A stretch of 61,314 nucleotides of DNA, filler included, from Hausera hauseri (GCA_046269625.1; 9 parts of 9 records of this genome joined end to end with filler, not necessarily neighbours in it); one strand, 5' to 3'; counted from the whole stretch's first letter, positions 1 to 14,538 are shown. Translations and numbers: made by a program. The notes: a model not told the origin generated them from the sequence alone.

Positions 1-3000
1 AACATGTGTTTCGCAGATAATCTAGCAAGCAATTCGTTGCATTCGTCTGGAAAATTTCCGATAAAGGCGGTACACCTTCAGTTATAAACTACAATCCTAT
101 ATCTATTCTGAAACAAAAATTCAAATTAGGTGTCGACAGCAGCGATGCCAGTTGTCTCTCTTCAGTCACTGCAGCTGTTCTTTCTAATGATACGCCTCAA
201 TCATTCTTATCTTTAGACTCAGATCTTTGATAATATATCACAACATCATGCTTTCGAATAGTTAAAATAGACATAAACTTCAAGCTCTCACCCTTAACTT
301 ATCATCATATTGTAACGGAGCATCAGAGGCCTATCAAACAGAGGATCAGACCTTTATCGCCACGCAGACGTAAAGTTGTGAAGCAGGAGTTTAATGAACT
401 GGAACGGTCTGGCATCGTTCGGAGATTGAATTCTCCATGGGCCTCTCCTCTTCATGTAGTGGTAAAGAAAGATGGATTCTATAGGCCATGTGGCGACTAT
501 CGACAATTAAACAATCTAACTATTACAGATGTCTATCCACTTCCACCCATTAAGGATATTCTTCATAGCCTCAGCAACATCAATACCTATTCTATTATTG
601 ATCTGCTACCATCAAATCCCTATTACACCTGATGAATTTCAAAAACTGCTGTCATCACACTATTTGACCTTTACAAATACATCTTCATGCCTTTCGGCCT
701 ACGTAGTGCATCGCAGACACTTCAACGCCACATTGACACTGTCCTTTCTGGACTTGATTTTGCTCACACATACAGAGATGAGATATTAGTCGCTTCCAGC
801 TCCATAAAACAACATCATGAGCATCTTAGAATTATTTTCCACAGATTGCATCAAAGTAACTTACAAATTAATTTCGACAAATGCAATTTCCTTTAAAAAC
901 GCGTAAACTTCCTAGGCCACATAATTACTTCTGAAGGGCATTCGCACCAGCCCGATCGCTTACAACAATTAAAAAATGTAACGTTGCTAACTACAACTAC
1001 CGATATGAGAAGTTTTCTAGGGACATTGCATTTCGTACATAAATACATCCCACACTGCTTCGAACTAACGGCACCGTTCGCACACCTCTCATCTTGGAAG
1101 AAAAAATAATTAATCCATTAGACTCCCAATTTAGTAAACCAATTTGATCGCCTTCGTGAAGGTTTAAAAACTGTGGAAATCTTGGCCTTTCCGAAACCAA
1201 ACTCCGAACTAATATTAACTGTCGATGCCTCTATCACAGCAACTTTGCGATATTACACCAAATATACAATGGCGTTGATGAACCATTAGAGTTCTATTCC
1301 CGAAAACTCACGCAACCGGAAAGCCGATATTCCACATTCGACCGTGAACTCTTGACTGTAGTTTTAGTCGCAAAGCATTTTAAGCACTTGCGTCTTTCAC
1401 GTCAATTTACCATCCAAACCGACCACAAGCCTCTACTTCATATAATGACTTTGAAACAGCCATCATTTAGGCAATAACGACAGATATCATATCTGTCGAC
1501 GTTTAGCTTTTCCATGAAATATATTTTAGGCACCGAAAATTTAGTAGCGGATTTTCTTTCGCGGTTGGTTAACTCAATTACAGTTCAGTCACTTTTCTTC
1601 TCTGAGGTCCCGAGAAGCAATCAGCCATCATTTGACATTCTCCAAGCTTTTAAATCTGTTGAAGTCCTCGATGGCATCGCTTATGACACTTCCAACTCGA
1701 CCAACAAGAAGATCATTCTTGCTCCATCGTTACAAAAGACAGCTTTCAAACACTTTCACGCTCTTCATCATCCGAGTTCAAAAGCCACATTTCGCCTACT
1801 GCAATGCCACGTTGTATGGCCAACTGTGCGTACAGATTTACAGATCTGGGTCAAGGAATGTGCAGCATGCCAGTAATACAAGGTCCACAAACACCTAAAA
1901 CCACCACTTTACCACTTCCCTTGTACGTCCCGTTTAGACACTGCGTATTTGAATCTTGTCGGTCCTTTGCCATCCGACAACGGCTATCAGTACATCTTAT
2001 CTATGATGACTCGTGCTTCCTGCAGGCCTAAAGCCGTTCCGCTTCGATCAACCAACACTGACTCAGTAGCAGATTCATTCATCAAGATATCATCATAACG
2101 GACCAGGGTCCGCAATTTGAAGCTGATCTTTTTAAATCTCTAGTAAAGCACTTGGGGATAGCCCACTTCCATACGACGCCGTGCCATCCGCAAACAAGTG
2201 GCCTTCTTGAGAGATTTTACCGCACCATGAAGATTTCTTTGAAAATCCAGGCAAACAACAATCGTAATTGGACTTCGATTCTTCCTCTTGTCCTACTTGG
2301 TTGGTGCAACACGCCATCCACTACTACAGGTTGTGCCCCGGCTGAAGCTCTCTTTGGGACACCAATTCATGCCCTATTTGAGCTCCCCAATCTCGACGAA
2401 AGTCCGTCAGATGAAGTTATTCGTGCGGCAGAGTCCCACTTTGCTGATGTAAATTCGAATGCCTTTTTCCGTCTTATAAACAAAGACAAATCTTATATCC
2501 CAGAAAACATATATTCAGCCAAGTTTGTATGGCTGAAGGATCCGTCACCTTCTGGTTTTCGGCCTCAATACGTTGGACCTTACAAATCACTCAATCTTTC
2601 TTCGCACACTGCCACTATTTTACGCAAAGATCAACCCCATAATGTACACATTTCTAATCTTAAGCCAGCCTTCTTCATTGATGATGATCAGGATAACAGC
2701 ATTGTTTCAAATCCCAACTCTAACTTCTCCACTATCGAGCCATCATCCAATTTCATTGACGAATTTAATCGTTCGCAGCCATCACTATCGCGTGACGACC
2801 AATTCAATTCACTTCCGTAATCATCCAGTGCACCTTCACCATTTGCTTCTCCATCATCGCTTGCACATCCATTAATAATTTCACCTTCATCGCAGAATTC
2901 TCTGCCATCTCCAGTCTCGTCTTCTTCGCGTGATCCGTTTCCGTTTTCAGCTTCTTCTCCACTTTCACCTCTTCAAGACGCATCCTTCAGCACCACAAAA

Positions 3001-3138
3001 TCCGCAGTATCTATCTTTCAAACGACTCCACAATTACCAGTAACATCTAACAGATCACATCATGTGGCGTTTAGCACCTACAGCAGGGAGAAGTTCATAG
3101 ATGAAGTCCAACGTCTAACATGTACCAAAACCGAATAG
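1..3138 (+). mobile_element. Degenerate Ty3/Gypsy (CsRn1-like) pol: RT, RNase H, integrase and Ser/Pro-rich tail (copy 1)
   Basis: Motifs SPWASPLHVV, RPCGDYRQLN, MPFGLRSASQTLQRHID, a decayed YxDD (YRDE), ADFLSR, HHCC zinc finger (HALHHP...CAAC), HPQTSGLLERF and GPY. The frame is broken by several stops and frameshifts. The tail ends HVAFSTYSREK...QRLTCTKTE* at 3138. Confidence 0.93.
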
Positions 3139-5799
3139 GTATAAGCTCTTCTTTTTCCTACTATAATTTCCATTTATTTTCTCTTCATAGTCTTCTGATT
3201 TAGTGCCTAGGATGTGGCTGCACTGTTTGAGGCTGTCGAATCAGTGAGAGAATTTTCCCCACCATGTGATTATGCGAAACAAAAGTTGCATAATAAAGCG
3301 GGAATCATCGTTATTGCGAAAGCTGGAGATTCCAGATTTACAGATACCAGAAAGGACGGGCAGGAAAGGTTTTATCCCTTGTTTCTTGTGGATTTATTTC
3401 ATCATTTCTTGGATTTATTTTAACCACATAAAACCTACACTTCTGACAGGATTTATTTCATCTACTATCTCTTATCGTAATTTTGGATCTGTTTTAATCA
3501 TATAAAACCTACAATCTAAATATCAAAACATCATCCAATTGGATATTTATATGACGATTATTAATGATGAACAATGTTTGTGCAGTAACGGGCGCATCAA
3601 ACGAACTCAACTGTACAGTACTTCACTTATGCATCAGAAATGCGCCTCAATATCCAATTACAAGGCAATACTTTATTTGATTCCTCAACAGATGGACTCC
3701 TTACATGACCATAGTTAGAAATTAATTTATCAACAATTTGTTTAAACATTGTAGAAAAAGTAATTACACAATTTTGCCTTACGAACTTTGATAAATCGTT
3801 AACTCCATTTTAGAAATTTTCAGTGAATTAATTTTTTGTTTTGTCGAGGTTTATAATTATTGTTGGCGATATTTTTTTATTCCCGATCAATGGATATTTT
3901 TCGGCCAGACAATATATATATATCGAAATATATTTAAAATGCTGAACACAGGACTGATATTTCTATAATGGGATTTTAAAATATAAAGAAAATTTTAATA
4001 AATTTAAATAGCGAAAAGCAAATTATGATTCAAACATATTTGCTTTAACACCTTTTTGTAATTGAATCAATCATTTAACAAGAGCACTTCATTTTGTTGC
4101 TTTTCCATTGTTTTCGACATAATATTCTTTACCGAATAGGCGATACACTGTAATATACAAAAATTATTCAATATATATCACAAAGAAACAAAGGCATATA
4201 TTACCTAACTACAGTCAGTAATCCAAACTTCAATGGTAATAAATACGATCTAATTTCTTCAACTAACCGAACATGATTATGTATTTGTATAACAAGAAAA
4301 TAGGTATTGATATTTTACTTTTCGAAACATTTAAAGCATTATTTTTTGAGTATTTATACGGGAGAAAATTCAGTTTGAGAACGGAACACAAAGTGCGTAT
4401 ATTTATTACGAAGATGAAAAGGCTATTACTCCGTTATGAATAAACTTGAATTAACCTCCTCAGCAGTCTCTATACGGAAAATGTGACTGACACAGTGATA
4501 TCGCTGTTTTATCGAGAAAAGATATCCAATCGTTCGTAATGTCAAAAAATACAGTAAGGTCTAAAACTTAAAAATTAAAAACAAAAGAATGGCGTATACA
4601 ATAACTAATTATGCACATGCAGCATTGCAGATCGCATGTTTACTTTTAACATCTTGGACACAGAGATTATATAAATCAATAAACATCACCATTCTATCAA
4701 CATTCTAAAGTGTGAAAATAAATAACTTATTTTTACGGTTAAACATGCACCCATCGTTGACATTGTGGCCATCCGCGTGACATTGCAGAGCTAGTTCTAT
4801 AACCTTCTCCTCCTGAGATAGTCAAAAAATACTACCAAGTCCACAACTTTTTGGTACGTTGCAACCCACTCCCAGAGTATTGAGGTCGCAACACCCCTGA
4901 ATTTACATCGCCTCTAACTAAGGGGTGTAGGCTTTTACAATTCCGTACCAGTTTCTGCCAATATACCAGGAAAGTTCTTAAACCAGAAAATAACGACACA
5001 AATGTCTACGTCGATGTAAATCGCCAATCTTTCCTTTATGTTGAAACGATCTCAAAATTTTTTCTCGAAATAGAACAGACACTGAAATAAAGTTAAATTT
5101 ACAGTAAATTACAGTCCGCACAATTTAGAGAATTAAATGGTCACGCGAAAACGTTTACAAAATATTTAAGTGACAGAAATACCGTTAAAAGTAAGCAAAG
5201 ATTTTTGTAGAGATAAACAAATATTGGATGGACGACTGTAGAATATCGGCAAATCTGAACTAACTTCGGAAAATTGGGGTGTTTGACAGCGTCTTCTAAA
5301 AATTCTGCACTTATTTTGATAGTTTCGATGATTTGACGATTTTTGGAACTGACGACTGAGATTCTGAACGTAGCAGCAAATGATACATTCATGTGCTTGA
5401 TGAGTTGTTGAACTGAATACAATGCGTCAATCGAAAGAATGTGTGTACGTTAAAACACGGGGCCTATATTTGGTTGAACTTTTGTTCCGTAATTTTCTGA
5501 AATTAAAAAGGACGGGTAATTCCGTCATATAGAATCTACGGGACTTGTTTATAAAAATAGAAATAAGAATAAAAAACTGAAAATAAGAGGTAAAAAATAT
5601 AAAAATATCTTATTTACAGTTGGATGATGTAGGTATTTACAACAGACAAATTGAATTTCGTGGTTATGAATTGTCGGGGAAATTTGATATGTACAGATTA
5701 TTAAAAGGCTGGGGAAAATATGTGATAGGTGTATGAGTGAAATAAAATTAGGTAGGGTAGTAAGTTGATTTGATTGTATTGGCTTATTAAGTATTCGAC

Positions 5800-6615
5800 G
5801 ATTGTTCATGCAACCGCCGACGAGCAATGAACAAAGGGCGGCGGCCACACCCGAAATCCAGGTCGATTCGGAAACGTGCAAATTTGGACAAACTGCCAAA
5901 AAAGAGGGTTGCGCCATCAGTCGTGGCATTAAATCACTCCAGTGGAAAAGTGAAAACTAGTAAGCAAACAAAAGAAGAGAAAAACGCAAAACGGAAGAGT
6001 TTGATGTCTATTCGGTTTTGGTATGTTTAAGGCGTTCCATACCTCCTATCGATTTTCTCTGGTATAGGTACTAAATATCACGGTGTGTTTGTTTGATTGC
6101 GTTTTTTTTGACTGCCGAGTGATAGTTTTGGGTTGAAAGTATGTAAGATTTTTGGATTCATTATCCCGGGTTGTCTGGTTTGTAGGCATTGAAGCTGAGA
6201 AAGGGAATAAATTAAGCGAAGGAGGAGAAGTAAGAGATGGAAGTGAGGCAGGCTATGAAGGCGAAGAGACCAGTAGGAGTGAAGAGAGAAATGGAGGCAA
6301 TGGAGGTGTGGCATATGATGAAGATGAAGGTGGTTGGATGTGGAACAATAACGACTGCAGCGATGGAGTAAAATCATTGAGAAAGATAGAAGATGGATTG
6401 GGGGAGGCAGAAGTAGAAGAAGGTGAAGTAGAGGGGTTCGAATTATTATCATCGACGAATAAGGCAGGTCCAAGATTTGAGATGTAAATGTTGTATGGTT
6501 TGTCCTTGCGTAGGACGGTGGCTGTGCTAGACGACAGGTTGAGAAGCTTATAATGGCAGACGCACTGAGATCGAAAACCGGAAGCCGATTGGCCTTTTAG
6601 CCATACGAACTTGTG
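5800..6615 (-). mobile_element. Inverted 3' fragment of the same Gypsy family (integrase C-terminus, low-complexity tail, LTR head)
   Basis: The reverse complement of 6450-6615 aligns by eye with 2521-2690. It ends ACCAAAACCGAATAG like 3124-3138, followed by GGAGTGA and TTTAATGCC at about 5933, a decayed TGTAATGCC LTR start. Confidence 0.8.
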
Positions 6616-7172
6616 TTAAGGTTCCTTAATAAATGAAACTCCGAAATAAAAATTTCTTAATGAAGAAAATTCCAAAAATAAAAATTCAAATGTGAAATTC
6701 AAATCTTCAAACACCAAAAATTCAAAACCAAACCAGTACACAGTGCAGTCCAGCCAAAATTAACAAATTATCATTTTTATTGTGACCTGAATTTAGCAGA
6801 AAAGACATTAATAAAATATTTTGTGCAGTACAGGCAATTGAACTATGAATATTGTATTTATTGTGTATAATGACACTTTTTAAAAAGAAATGTACATTTA
6901 GTAAAACTGTAAATTAAACCTTGCTTCTTTTATGAATCTTTTTGTGTTTTAGCTGCCTTAATTTCCATGACATACTCTGTGGACGTTGCATCTAGTCTAG
7001 TAATCAGATTTCTGTATTTCTCTGTATTACCAACTAGTGCATTGATGTCAATGGTAATTACGATTTACAATGATTTATCATCTGATGCTAATTGTTCCTA
7101 CAGGAGTCTGCAGTGACTTTATGCTCTTGCTAAAACATACACCTGCTCCCTGAGAGGCTTGGTGCTTTAAAT

Positions 7173-7272
7173 NNNNNNNNNNNNNNNNNNNNNNNNNNNN
7201 NNNNNNNNNNNNNNNNTTAATTAATTAANNNNNNNNNNNNNNNNNNNNNNNNNNNNNNNNNNNNNNNNNNNN
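7173..7272. other. Artificial contig linker
   Basis: N44-TTAATTAATTAA-N44, giving stops in all six frames. Confidence 0.99.
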
Positions 7273-8463
7273 CTTTGACGTAATGCTAAACACTTTTTAA
7301 TGTGTTTATGTAAAATACAACTAATATGAGTAATATTTATCTAATGTGCGTAATATGAATAATACAATTAATATGGATAATACAAGTAATATGGGAAATA
7401 TGTGTAATATTTAGCTAATGCGCGTAATATGAGTAATACGCACAATGCTATTGTGGGTTACTTCATTTTTCTTGCGCGCACACATAGACACAGACATATA
7501 TCGTAGCCAATTCATTATACCCGCACATACATGCACAAAAACACCCACTGAAACAAACATATATCACAGACGATTCACTTCCCAAGTTACTTCATTATAC
7601 TTGCACAAACACATGCACACACACTTATATCTGAGTTATACATTTTCCAAAGTTAGTTGCATTTTACATACATCCACACAGGCAAACACGCAGACATATT
7701 TCTAAGCTATACTTTTCTCAGGTTACTTACATTTTACAAGCACAGACTTGCATATGCACAGGCAAACACACAGACATATACCTGAGATATACCTTTTCTC
7801 ATATTAGTTGCACTTTACAAGCAAAAGCATACAGGCATATATCTAGGATATACCTTTTCTCAGGTTATTTACATTTCACTCTCATACGCACATACACACC
7901 ATATATCTTAATCATTCATTTGTCAAGTTGCTCGCATTTTACCTACACACAAACATGCACACATGACATATAATTGAGCCATTTCTTTCCTAGATTACTT
8001 AAATGACAGACATACAAACACACAAGCACACACAACATATATCTGAGCTATACGATTTTCCAAGCTACTTGCATTTTGCATGCGCCCACACAGAAAACAC
8101 ACAGACATATACCTTAGATACAGCTTTTCTTAGGTTGGTTGCACTTTACAAGCATAAGCATGCGGATATATATCTAAGATACAGCTTTTTTCAGGTGACT
8201 CACATTTTGCAGGCACAGAAAAGTATATGCACAAGCATACGGACATATACCTAAGATATACCTTTTCTCAAGTTACTTACATTTTACAAGCACATACATG
8301 CACATGAACGCCATATAGATTAATCATTTATTTCTCAAGTTATTCATATCTTTACTCAAACACACACACAGACAAACACATGAATATGCACAAAAGACAT
8401 ATATCTTAGCATGTACAGACATGCATATAAGTACACTAAAAAGTGTTTAGCGTTATGTCAAAA
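7273..8463. repeat. Inverted-repeat-bounded minisatellite element (MITE/foldback-like)
   Basis: 7273-7309 is an imperfect inverted repeat of 8427-8463. The interior holds degenerate tandem units of roughly 55-75 bp (core cagacatatacctgagatataccttttctcaggttacttacattttacaagcaca). Confidence 0.7.
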
Positions 8464-8601
8464 TTGTATTGTTACTAAATAAATGTTTTATGAAATTAGT
8501 TGGTCTTAACTTACTTGGCCTTATCCTATATCCCACATTACTTGATCAAGAAGACAACACGATATTTCTATATAACATTTATTACAAATGAATAACAATA
8601 T

Positions 8602-11600
8602 TTACAATGCCACATATCCGTGAGGTAGTGTGGATTCCACCGCTCAGAATCTGGCGCTTTCATCCATCCTATCTAGGCTTTTCTTTTGCAGTGTTACAGT
8701 TTGGATGTTATGATCCCTAGATTGGATCCTCCTCATCTCTGATATGATGTGAGTCTGCTCCTGCAGAATTCTCACATAATCCTCAAAACTGATCTTCTTG
8801 GCCAATGTAACCCTTTAAACGCTTTTAGCACTCTTTTTGATCTGGCCACATATATCAATCGCGTACATCTTAGATATGAGAGCTACAAATCTCGAGATGA
8901 TGGCTCCATTCACCTCGCCTTTGAATTTTCCTAGGATTTTATTGTTGAAAATTGAATAATTTCGATGATCCTCTAGATAATCCGGTGTATCTATATGTTG
9001 GGCCAATTGGGCAAAGTCCTTAAAAATATCATCTGTATGGATTTGATAGATGAAATTAGAAGTATCCATATACATCAGCTACATGGACTTGAACTTGGGG
9101 ATCATGATGTCATAATGTAATTTATACATCAAGGTATTTGACAGATCCAATATTGCCATACCCACATATATGGGCTTATTGAATTCCAAGGATGTTTCCA
9201 GCATACGTATGCCGACCAAGTTCTTATTATATATGGTGCTTCTGTGGAAGTTAGGCTTGGCAATAAGCTTCTTTGCCCGCTTCCACTCAGAGACAAGCTC
9301 GATGTTGATCCTGTTGCGGATATTCTCCACCTTCTTGCCAGAAAGGCTGTTGTTGTAAACTTGAACTGATCGTTTTCAAATTCGTTCTTGGCATTTGTCC
9401 GAAACTTGGTATTGAGATCTATGTAGGGCTGCAGACACATGGACTGGCTGAACTGCAGAGCTCTATGGATCTTTGTGATGCGGAGTCCATGTCTAACTGC
9501 TAACCCAGATGACAGAGCAGCTTTCTATGCTTTCCATGGAGCGGAGGCCTCCTTTCAGGGAGGAAAGGCAGCTGTTGATGCCTTGCGTGGATAGAAGCAG
9601 GATATTCGATATCCACCTCCAGTATGTAGCCCGTATCTGCAGCGGGATTCAGGTCCAATATACGGATGTTTTCAGGATTCGAGACCCATTTGAAGTTATC
9701 ATATGGCAATGGTGCAATAATTGCATATCCATAAAAGTTGTTGGCATATAGGTATGATATATATTATGATTCTTTGAATGGATCATATTGGGCCGTATAC
9801 TTTTTGTTGGCCTCGCTATACCGATGCATGGCTTGGCATATTCCGTATCTAATGCCTCTCTCGATCATAAGGATAATGTCGTAATCCCTAATGATCTGCA
9901 GCCTAATACAAGTATATCTCATCACAGCTGCTCAGCTGTTCCCTGGAGCCGTAAAGAAATGAGCCGGATCCAATACATGGCTCTTCATTGTAACATCCCT
10001 GAAATTCTCAAAGACATTTTTCAGAAGCAGCACGTCCGTCTTTAGGTATACGTCGCTGTATTCCCCTATTATTCTGCAACTGAATGCATGCCAAACGTTC
10101 TGGGCATGAAAGTAGTCCTCAATATTGATATCATTTTCCATTTAATTAGGTCAAAGTTAGTGGGAACGAATCGCTTCTTCTCTTTGAGTTCTTTGGTAAG
10201 GAGGTTTTTCAATAAACTATTCAGTGAAGATGACATAAAACGGAAACTATCTGTGAAGCGAAGCCTGATTCTTCCAACATGCTTTGTGAAAATTAAGTAT
10301 TTTTCCTTACTATTGGGAATGACATAAATGTTCCTATCAATGTTGTCCAGTTCCCCAACATTGAAGTAGGGATCATATCCACTGAAATTGTGGAACACTA
10401 CAGGCACATATTTGCATGTTTTGCAACGCAGATTGCAGTTGTTGCATGCTGCACCTCGATATTTGCCTGTAAAATGGCAATTATCCCTGACTTTATGATT
10501 ATCCTTGGTGAAAGACCCTGAATAGAAATGGTTCATTGTCCAGTCCTTTGGCATGCATACAATGTGATGAGAATTCATGATATTGGTATGCCGTTGTGCT
10601 TCTATGTTTAGGAATAGGGATGTAGCTGTGAGCTGGCCTGAGAATAGCTTCAAAGTCGCAATAGATTACTGTTGGGACCTTGATCTTCTTCTTGAACTCC
10701 TTGAATTCAATATAGTCCTCCTAGGGGAATTCTGGCCTGATGCAGTAACTGTTGTTACAGTACATCTAATACTCCTTCAGCTTCTCCACAGCTAACTTGC
10801 TGCTGAAATGGGAAAGGCATCATTCGGATATTTCGATTCTTGTTGTGTCTTTCGTCATTTGGGATCTGACTAGACGCAAAATGTTCTTGATTTAAACGTA
10901 ATGTTTCTTTTCTCCATAGTCTAGCAGGAGCAGATCCCTATGATGTTCCAATTTAACATCTCATATCTGCAAGGGATAGAATTTGTACTCATCATCCAAT
11001 CCAATGATATTGATAGACGTGTTGTTTATTCGACTAAACTTCTTCACTTCATCTATGGATGGAGGAAATGTGATACACTGGAAGTCATAATTGTGCTGCA
11101 CATCCTTATATAGCCAAACTCGAACTTCTGCTTGGTTTTGATCCCGTATGATTTTACATAAATTGGCATACATGAAACACTTGTTGTCATCATTAAGGAC
11201 ATTGATGCATGCCTTTTTATTAACGATCCATTCTGGAAGCTGTATATAAGAGCTGCCCCGCATGGAAAAGTACTTGTACACATACATAAGCAGTCTCTGT
11301 ATGGTTGGCAGAGTCCATTCACTCTTCTTATTCTGGTTCTCATCGGCTTCACGGATCAGCTTCCCTTGTTCCTCATTAAGCCATTCCACTATATTGGTAT
11401 TTTTCAATATGGGTCTATTTTTAGCCTTAAAGGCCCTTTTGGATTCTTTGCCATCAACATTGTTGTATGTGTCCTCCAGTTTGATATTTACCTTAAGGGC
11501 TTTGAGATCATACATGTTGTCCTGAAGAATCCCTTCTGTTTTTTCCTTTGTGTATAAGAGGAACTCTCGGAAGATTGTTTGACCAGTTGCCTCAATAACA

Positions 11601-11620
11601 TATCTGCGGCATTTTCTCTT
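8602..11620 (-). pseudogene. Polinton/Maverick (adintovirus-type) protein-primed DNA polymerase B, degenerate
   Basis: Colinear motifs across the ORF pieces: SSYIQLPEWIVNKKACINVLNDDNKCF, CHFTGKYRGAACNNCNL, VVFHNFSGYD, DSFRFMSSSL, YLKTDVLLL, LDPAHFFTAPG, GYILEVDIEYP, KPIYVGMAILDLS, YMDTS, LGKFKGE and a terminal TLPHGY. There are many frameshifts and stops. An AATAAA follows the stop. Confidence 0.9.
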
Positions 11621-11849
11621 TAATGTTGCATCATCAATTGACCGCTGTCTTTAGCTCTCTGATTGACACGGTGAGTCTGATGTGGCCGTGCCTGATGCTG
11701 CTGCGCTTGATGGGCCTGATGTGCATGATGCGGCTATGCGTTTCAATTCTCTAAGATGTTTCGCAGCTACTGCACCAGATCCAGCAGCATAATGCGAGGC
11801 AAAATACTGCGAAGCTAAAGCATCAATATTATGTTGCTCATTATAGATG

Positions 11850-12260
11850 GCCTTCTTTGATTTTGATGCGAAGTGACTTAAATGATGTTTGTGATCATAA
11901 TAGAACTATATGTAATCTGCACCGCATACATTTTCGCATCTCAGACATATGTAATAGTGGATTCTTTTGGATTTTTGTCCATAATACCGCTGCATCGTTT
12001 CGTGACACTGTTGCGGATTATGTGCTTTGGATGTGCAATAAGCATAGGAATCGCACATCTGATTTGCTTTTGGGACACTAGTTTTCATTAGCATACTACT
12101 GTTGAATATTTCTTTCTTCGATTTTGTGAACAAATCTAGATGCTTTTTATGTTGATTGTAAAATTCCTCCTAACCGGTTCGGCACATTACCTCACATGCA
12201 GGACATACATAGTATTCAGTCCTATTGTGTTGGTATGGAAAATAATTCTGCATCACACTG
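11850..12260 (-). pseudogene. Cys/His zinc-finger-like remnant upstream of PolB
   Basis: Paired CxxC motifs (YYVCPACE, YYICLRCE) lie on the same strand as PolB, in broken frames. Confidence 0.3.
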
Positions 12261-12699
12261 TGGCAATTCTGCTCCTCGTGTTTCTGCGCCATGCAAAATT
12301 TGTAGAAGTTGCAAATCTAAACATACTAATTATTTAAGGAGCACAAATAACAAAACTCACCATTCTTGAAAGTGAATTTGGAAATAGTGAAATATGTAGC
12401 AATGTCAACGCATACTGCCTAGTTTATGGATTTTTTCGAATATTGTAGAACACTTTGTTTTAATTCATCATTTACATGAACTGGTTTACATGATGCACTT
12501 AACTTGTCAATGTCATGCATAGATGTACCAAAATTTGTTTTAATGCATCAAAATACATAAATTTCTCCGCAACAAATTTAAAATTTCATTAAGGTATTCA
12601 TATATAGGAAATTTATTGAGCTCATCAGGTTCTTCGAATAACTTACACTTTATCGATATTTTGAGTTTGTATCGATAATTATTTGATTTCGAATAATGT

Positions 12700-14050
12700 A
12701 ATCGAATATGTAACACCAGATTCAGATTCACCATATATTGTTTCCTATCTACGTGCACTATTAGATTTATTGATTTCAGTGTACTTCACCTCCAATTTTA
12801 TTGTCAACTGTGCAATCGAAATAAGCACGGTTTAATTACTTAGTATTTTATGTACTTTTTACTTATTATTAAACCTTGTTTCAATACACCGCGGTGAGCT
12901 GAAGAATCGATTAAAGCCATCAGATTCTTCAAATAATGCATGCTTTACCGAATATTCGAGTTCGAGTAGGTAAATATTCGATTTTGAAGCCCAAATTCAA
13001 ATATATAACATCATATTCCAATTCAACATGCATAACTTCCTATCCAGTCCCACTATTAGATTTATTGATTTCCGTTTCACTGGGCTTTATAGCACATTTT
13101 GCTTAATTCGAAATATTGATTTTATATCTATATGGTGTATTGTCATGGAATAATTTTTATGTTTAAGGTGGTTTTCATATATGAGGAATCGATTGCCATT
13201 GTTAGATTTTTCGAATAGTTAGAACTTCGGTATTCGGGCTCGAAAATATTCGAATTTCGAATATCAGACTCGAGATTCGAGATAGCCATACTCGATTCAT
13301 ATTTGTCCCCGCTAAATGTTGTATCGAATTTAACTGCTTAGGGCCTAAAGCCAATGGGGAGTCTGTCCCAGTTGCAATTTGGATCGATATTATTTGAAAT
13401 CGACTCGATAGATTTATATTCTAATTCACGTTCACATAGTGCATCGATTTTTCACTCTATTGCACTCAGTGCCGGGTGCCAATCATCTATATTGGAATTA
13501 TTGGAAATCCAATATTATTGATTTTTGCACACTTGCACATGTGCTACGCCCTTGCACAGTATATATCAAGGTGCATCTCGATGTGCTCTATCTGCATTTG
13601 ACCACAATCGATTCCATCATTCCAACGCTGTACAATGACAAATATGTGAAGAATGAAAAAGTGCCTTGGCAAACCGTATCCAAGAGCACACTTGACTCGA
13701 GTAATTCACTAAACGATAGAACATCAAGTACTGCACCCGCCAGTATATGTGCCATATTGATATTATTGATTTTCATTTTATATACGAAAGGTTTATGTAT
13801 GTTCTGTCCCAGTTGGCAATTGTTCGAAAACCAATCAATATATTTTAATTCTAACTACACATTGGCACAGTCCATCATGTGCGCTTTCGATTGCACCCGG
13901 TGCCGGGTGTTAATCATCACTATTGGGATTATCGGAAATCCGATATTATTGATTTTTGCACACGTGCACAAGTGCTACACATTTGCATTGTGCATTAATA
14001 GATGTGCACTGACGTGCACTATCGATTAGAGCATTGTGCCGATCGATTCT
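12700..14050. repeat. Two local degenerate tandem duplications (about 295 bp and about 430 bp period)
   Basis: cactattagatttattgatttc occurs at 12756-12777 and 13051-13072. A block of about 87 bp (tgcac..gtgccgggtg..attattgatttttgcacac) occurs at about 13461 and 13892. Confidence 0.65.
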
Positions 14051-14438
14051 ATTAATTGTGCACTGTGCAGCGATCGATTTGTGAAATGCGAAAAAGTGCC
14101 CATAGCACCATTGTCTAGGGGCGCCGTCGCCTAGCACACTACGGATCGATAATGCATAGTGTGCACTATCGACTGGTATATGTGTAAAATTGATTTATCT
14201 ATTACCCCCCTCCGGTGTGGGAGATAACACACATTTTTACCCTACTTGCTGCATCGCACTCTCATTTGTCATATCAACTGGATGTAAACCACAAATACCG
14301 CGATGATCAGAGTGATTTTTGGGCATCCGTAATTTCTATTAAATACTATGTCTGATAAAATATTTTGCAAGCCTGTTTCGCAGTGTTCTACTAAAGTGTT
14401 CAGCAAATGCGGATTTATATTGTGAGTGAACCGAATAA

Positions 14439-14538
14439 NNNNNNNNNNNNNNNNNNNNNNNNNNNNNNNNNNNNNNNNNNNNTTAATTAATTAANNNNNN
14501 NNNNNNNNNNNNNNNNNNNNNNNNNNNNNNNNNNNNNN
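14439..14538. other. Artificial contig linker
   Basis: N44-TTAATTAATTAA-N44. Confidence 0.99.

Noticed and set aside
3438-3448. Partial antisense tRNA-Leu PBS match (TGTCAGAAGTG)
   Set aside because: It lacks the TGG and an adjacent LTR end, and may be chance.
6152-6487. Glu/Gly-rich plus-strand ORF (and similar ORFs at 27126-27507 and 32698-32967)
   Set aside because: Antisense shadows of the Ser/Pro-rich integrase tails.
7445-8254. His/Thr-rich ORFs
   Set aside because: Translations of the CA-rich minisatellite.
13439-14029. 196-aa ORF
   Set aside because: It lies in a degenerate tandem duplication and has no recognisable motif.
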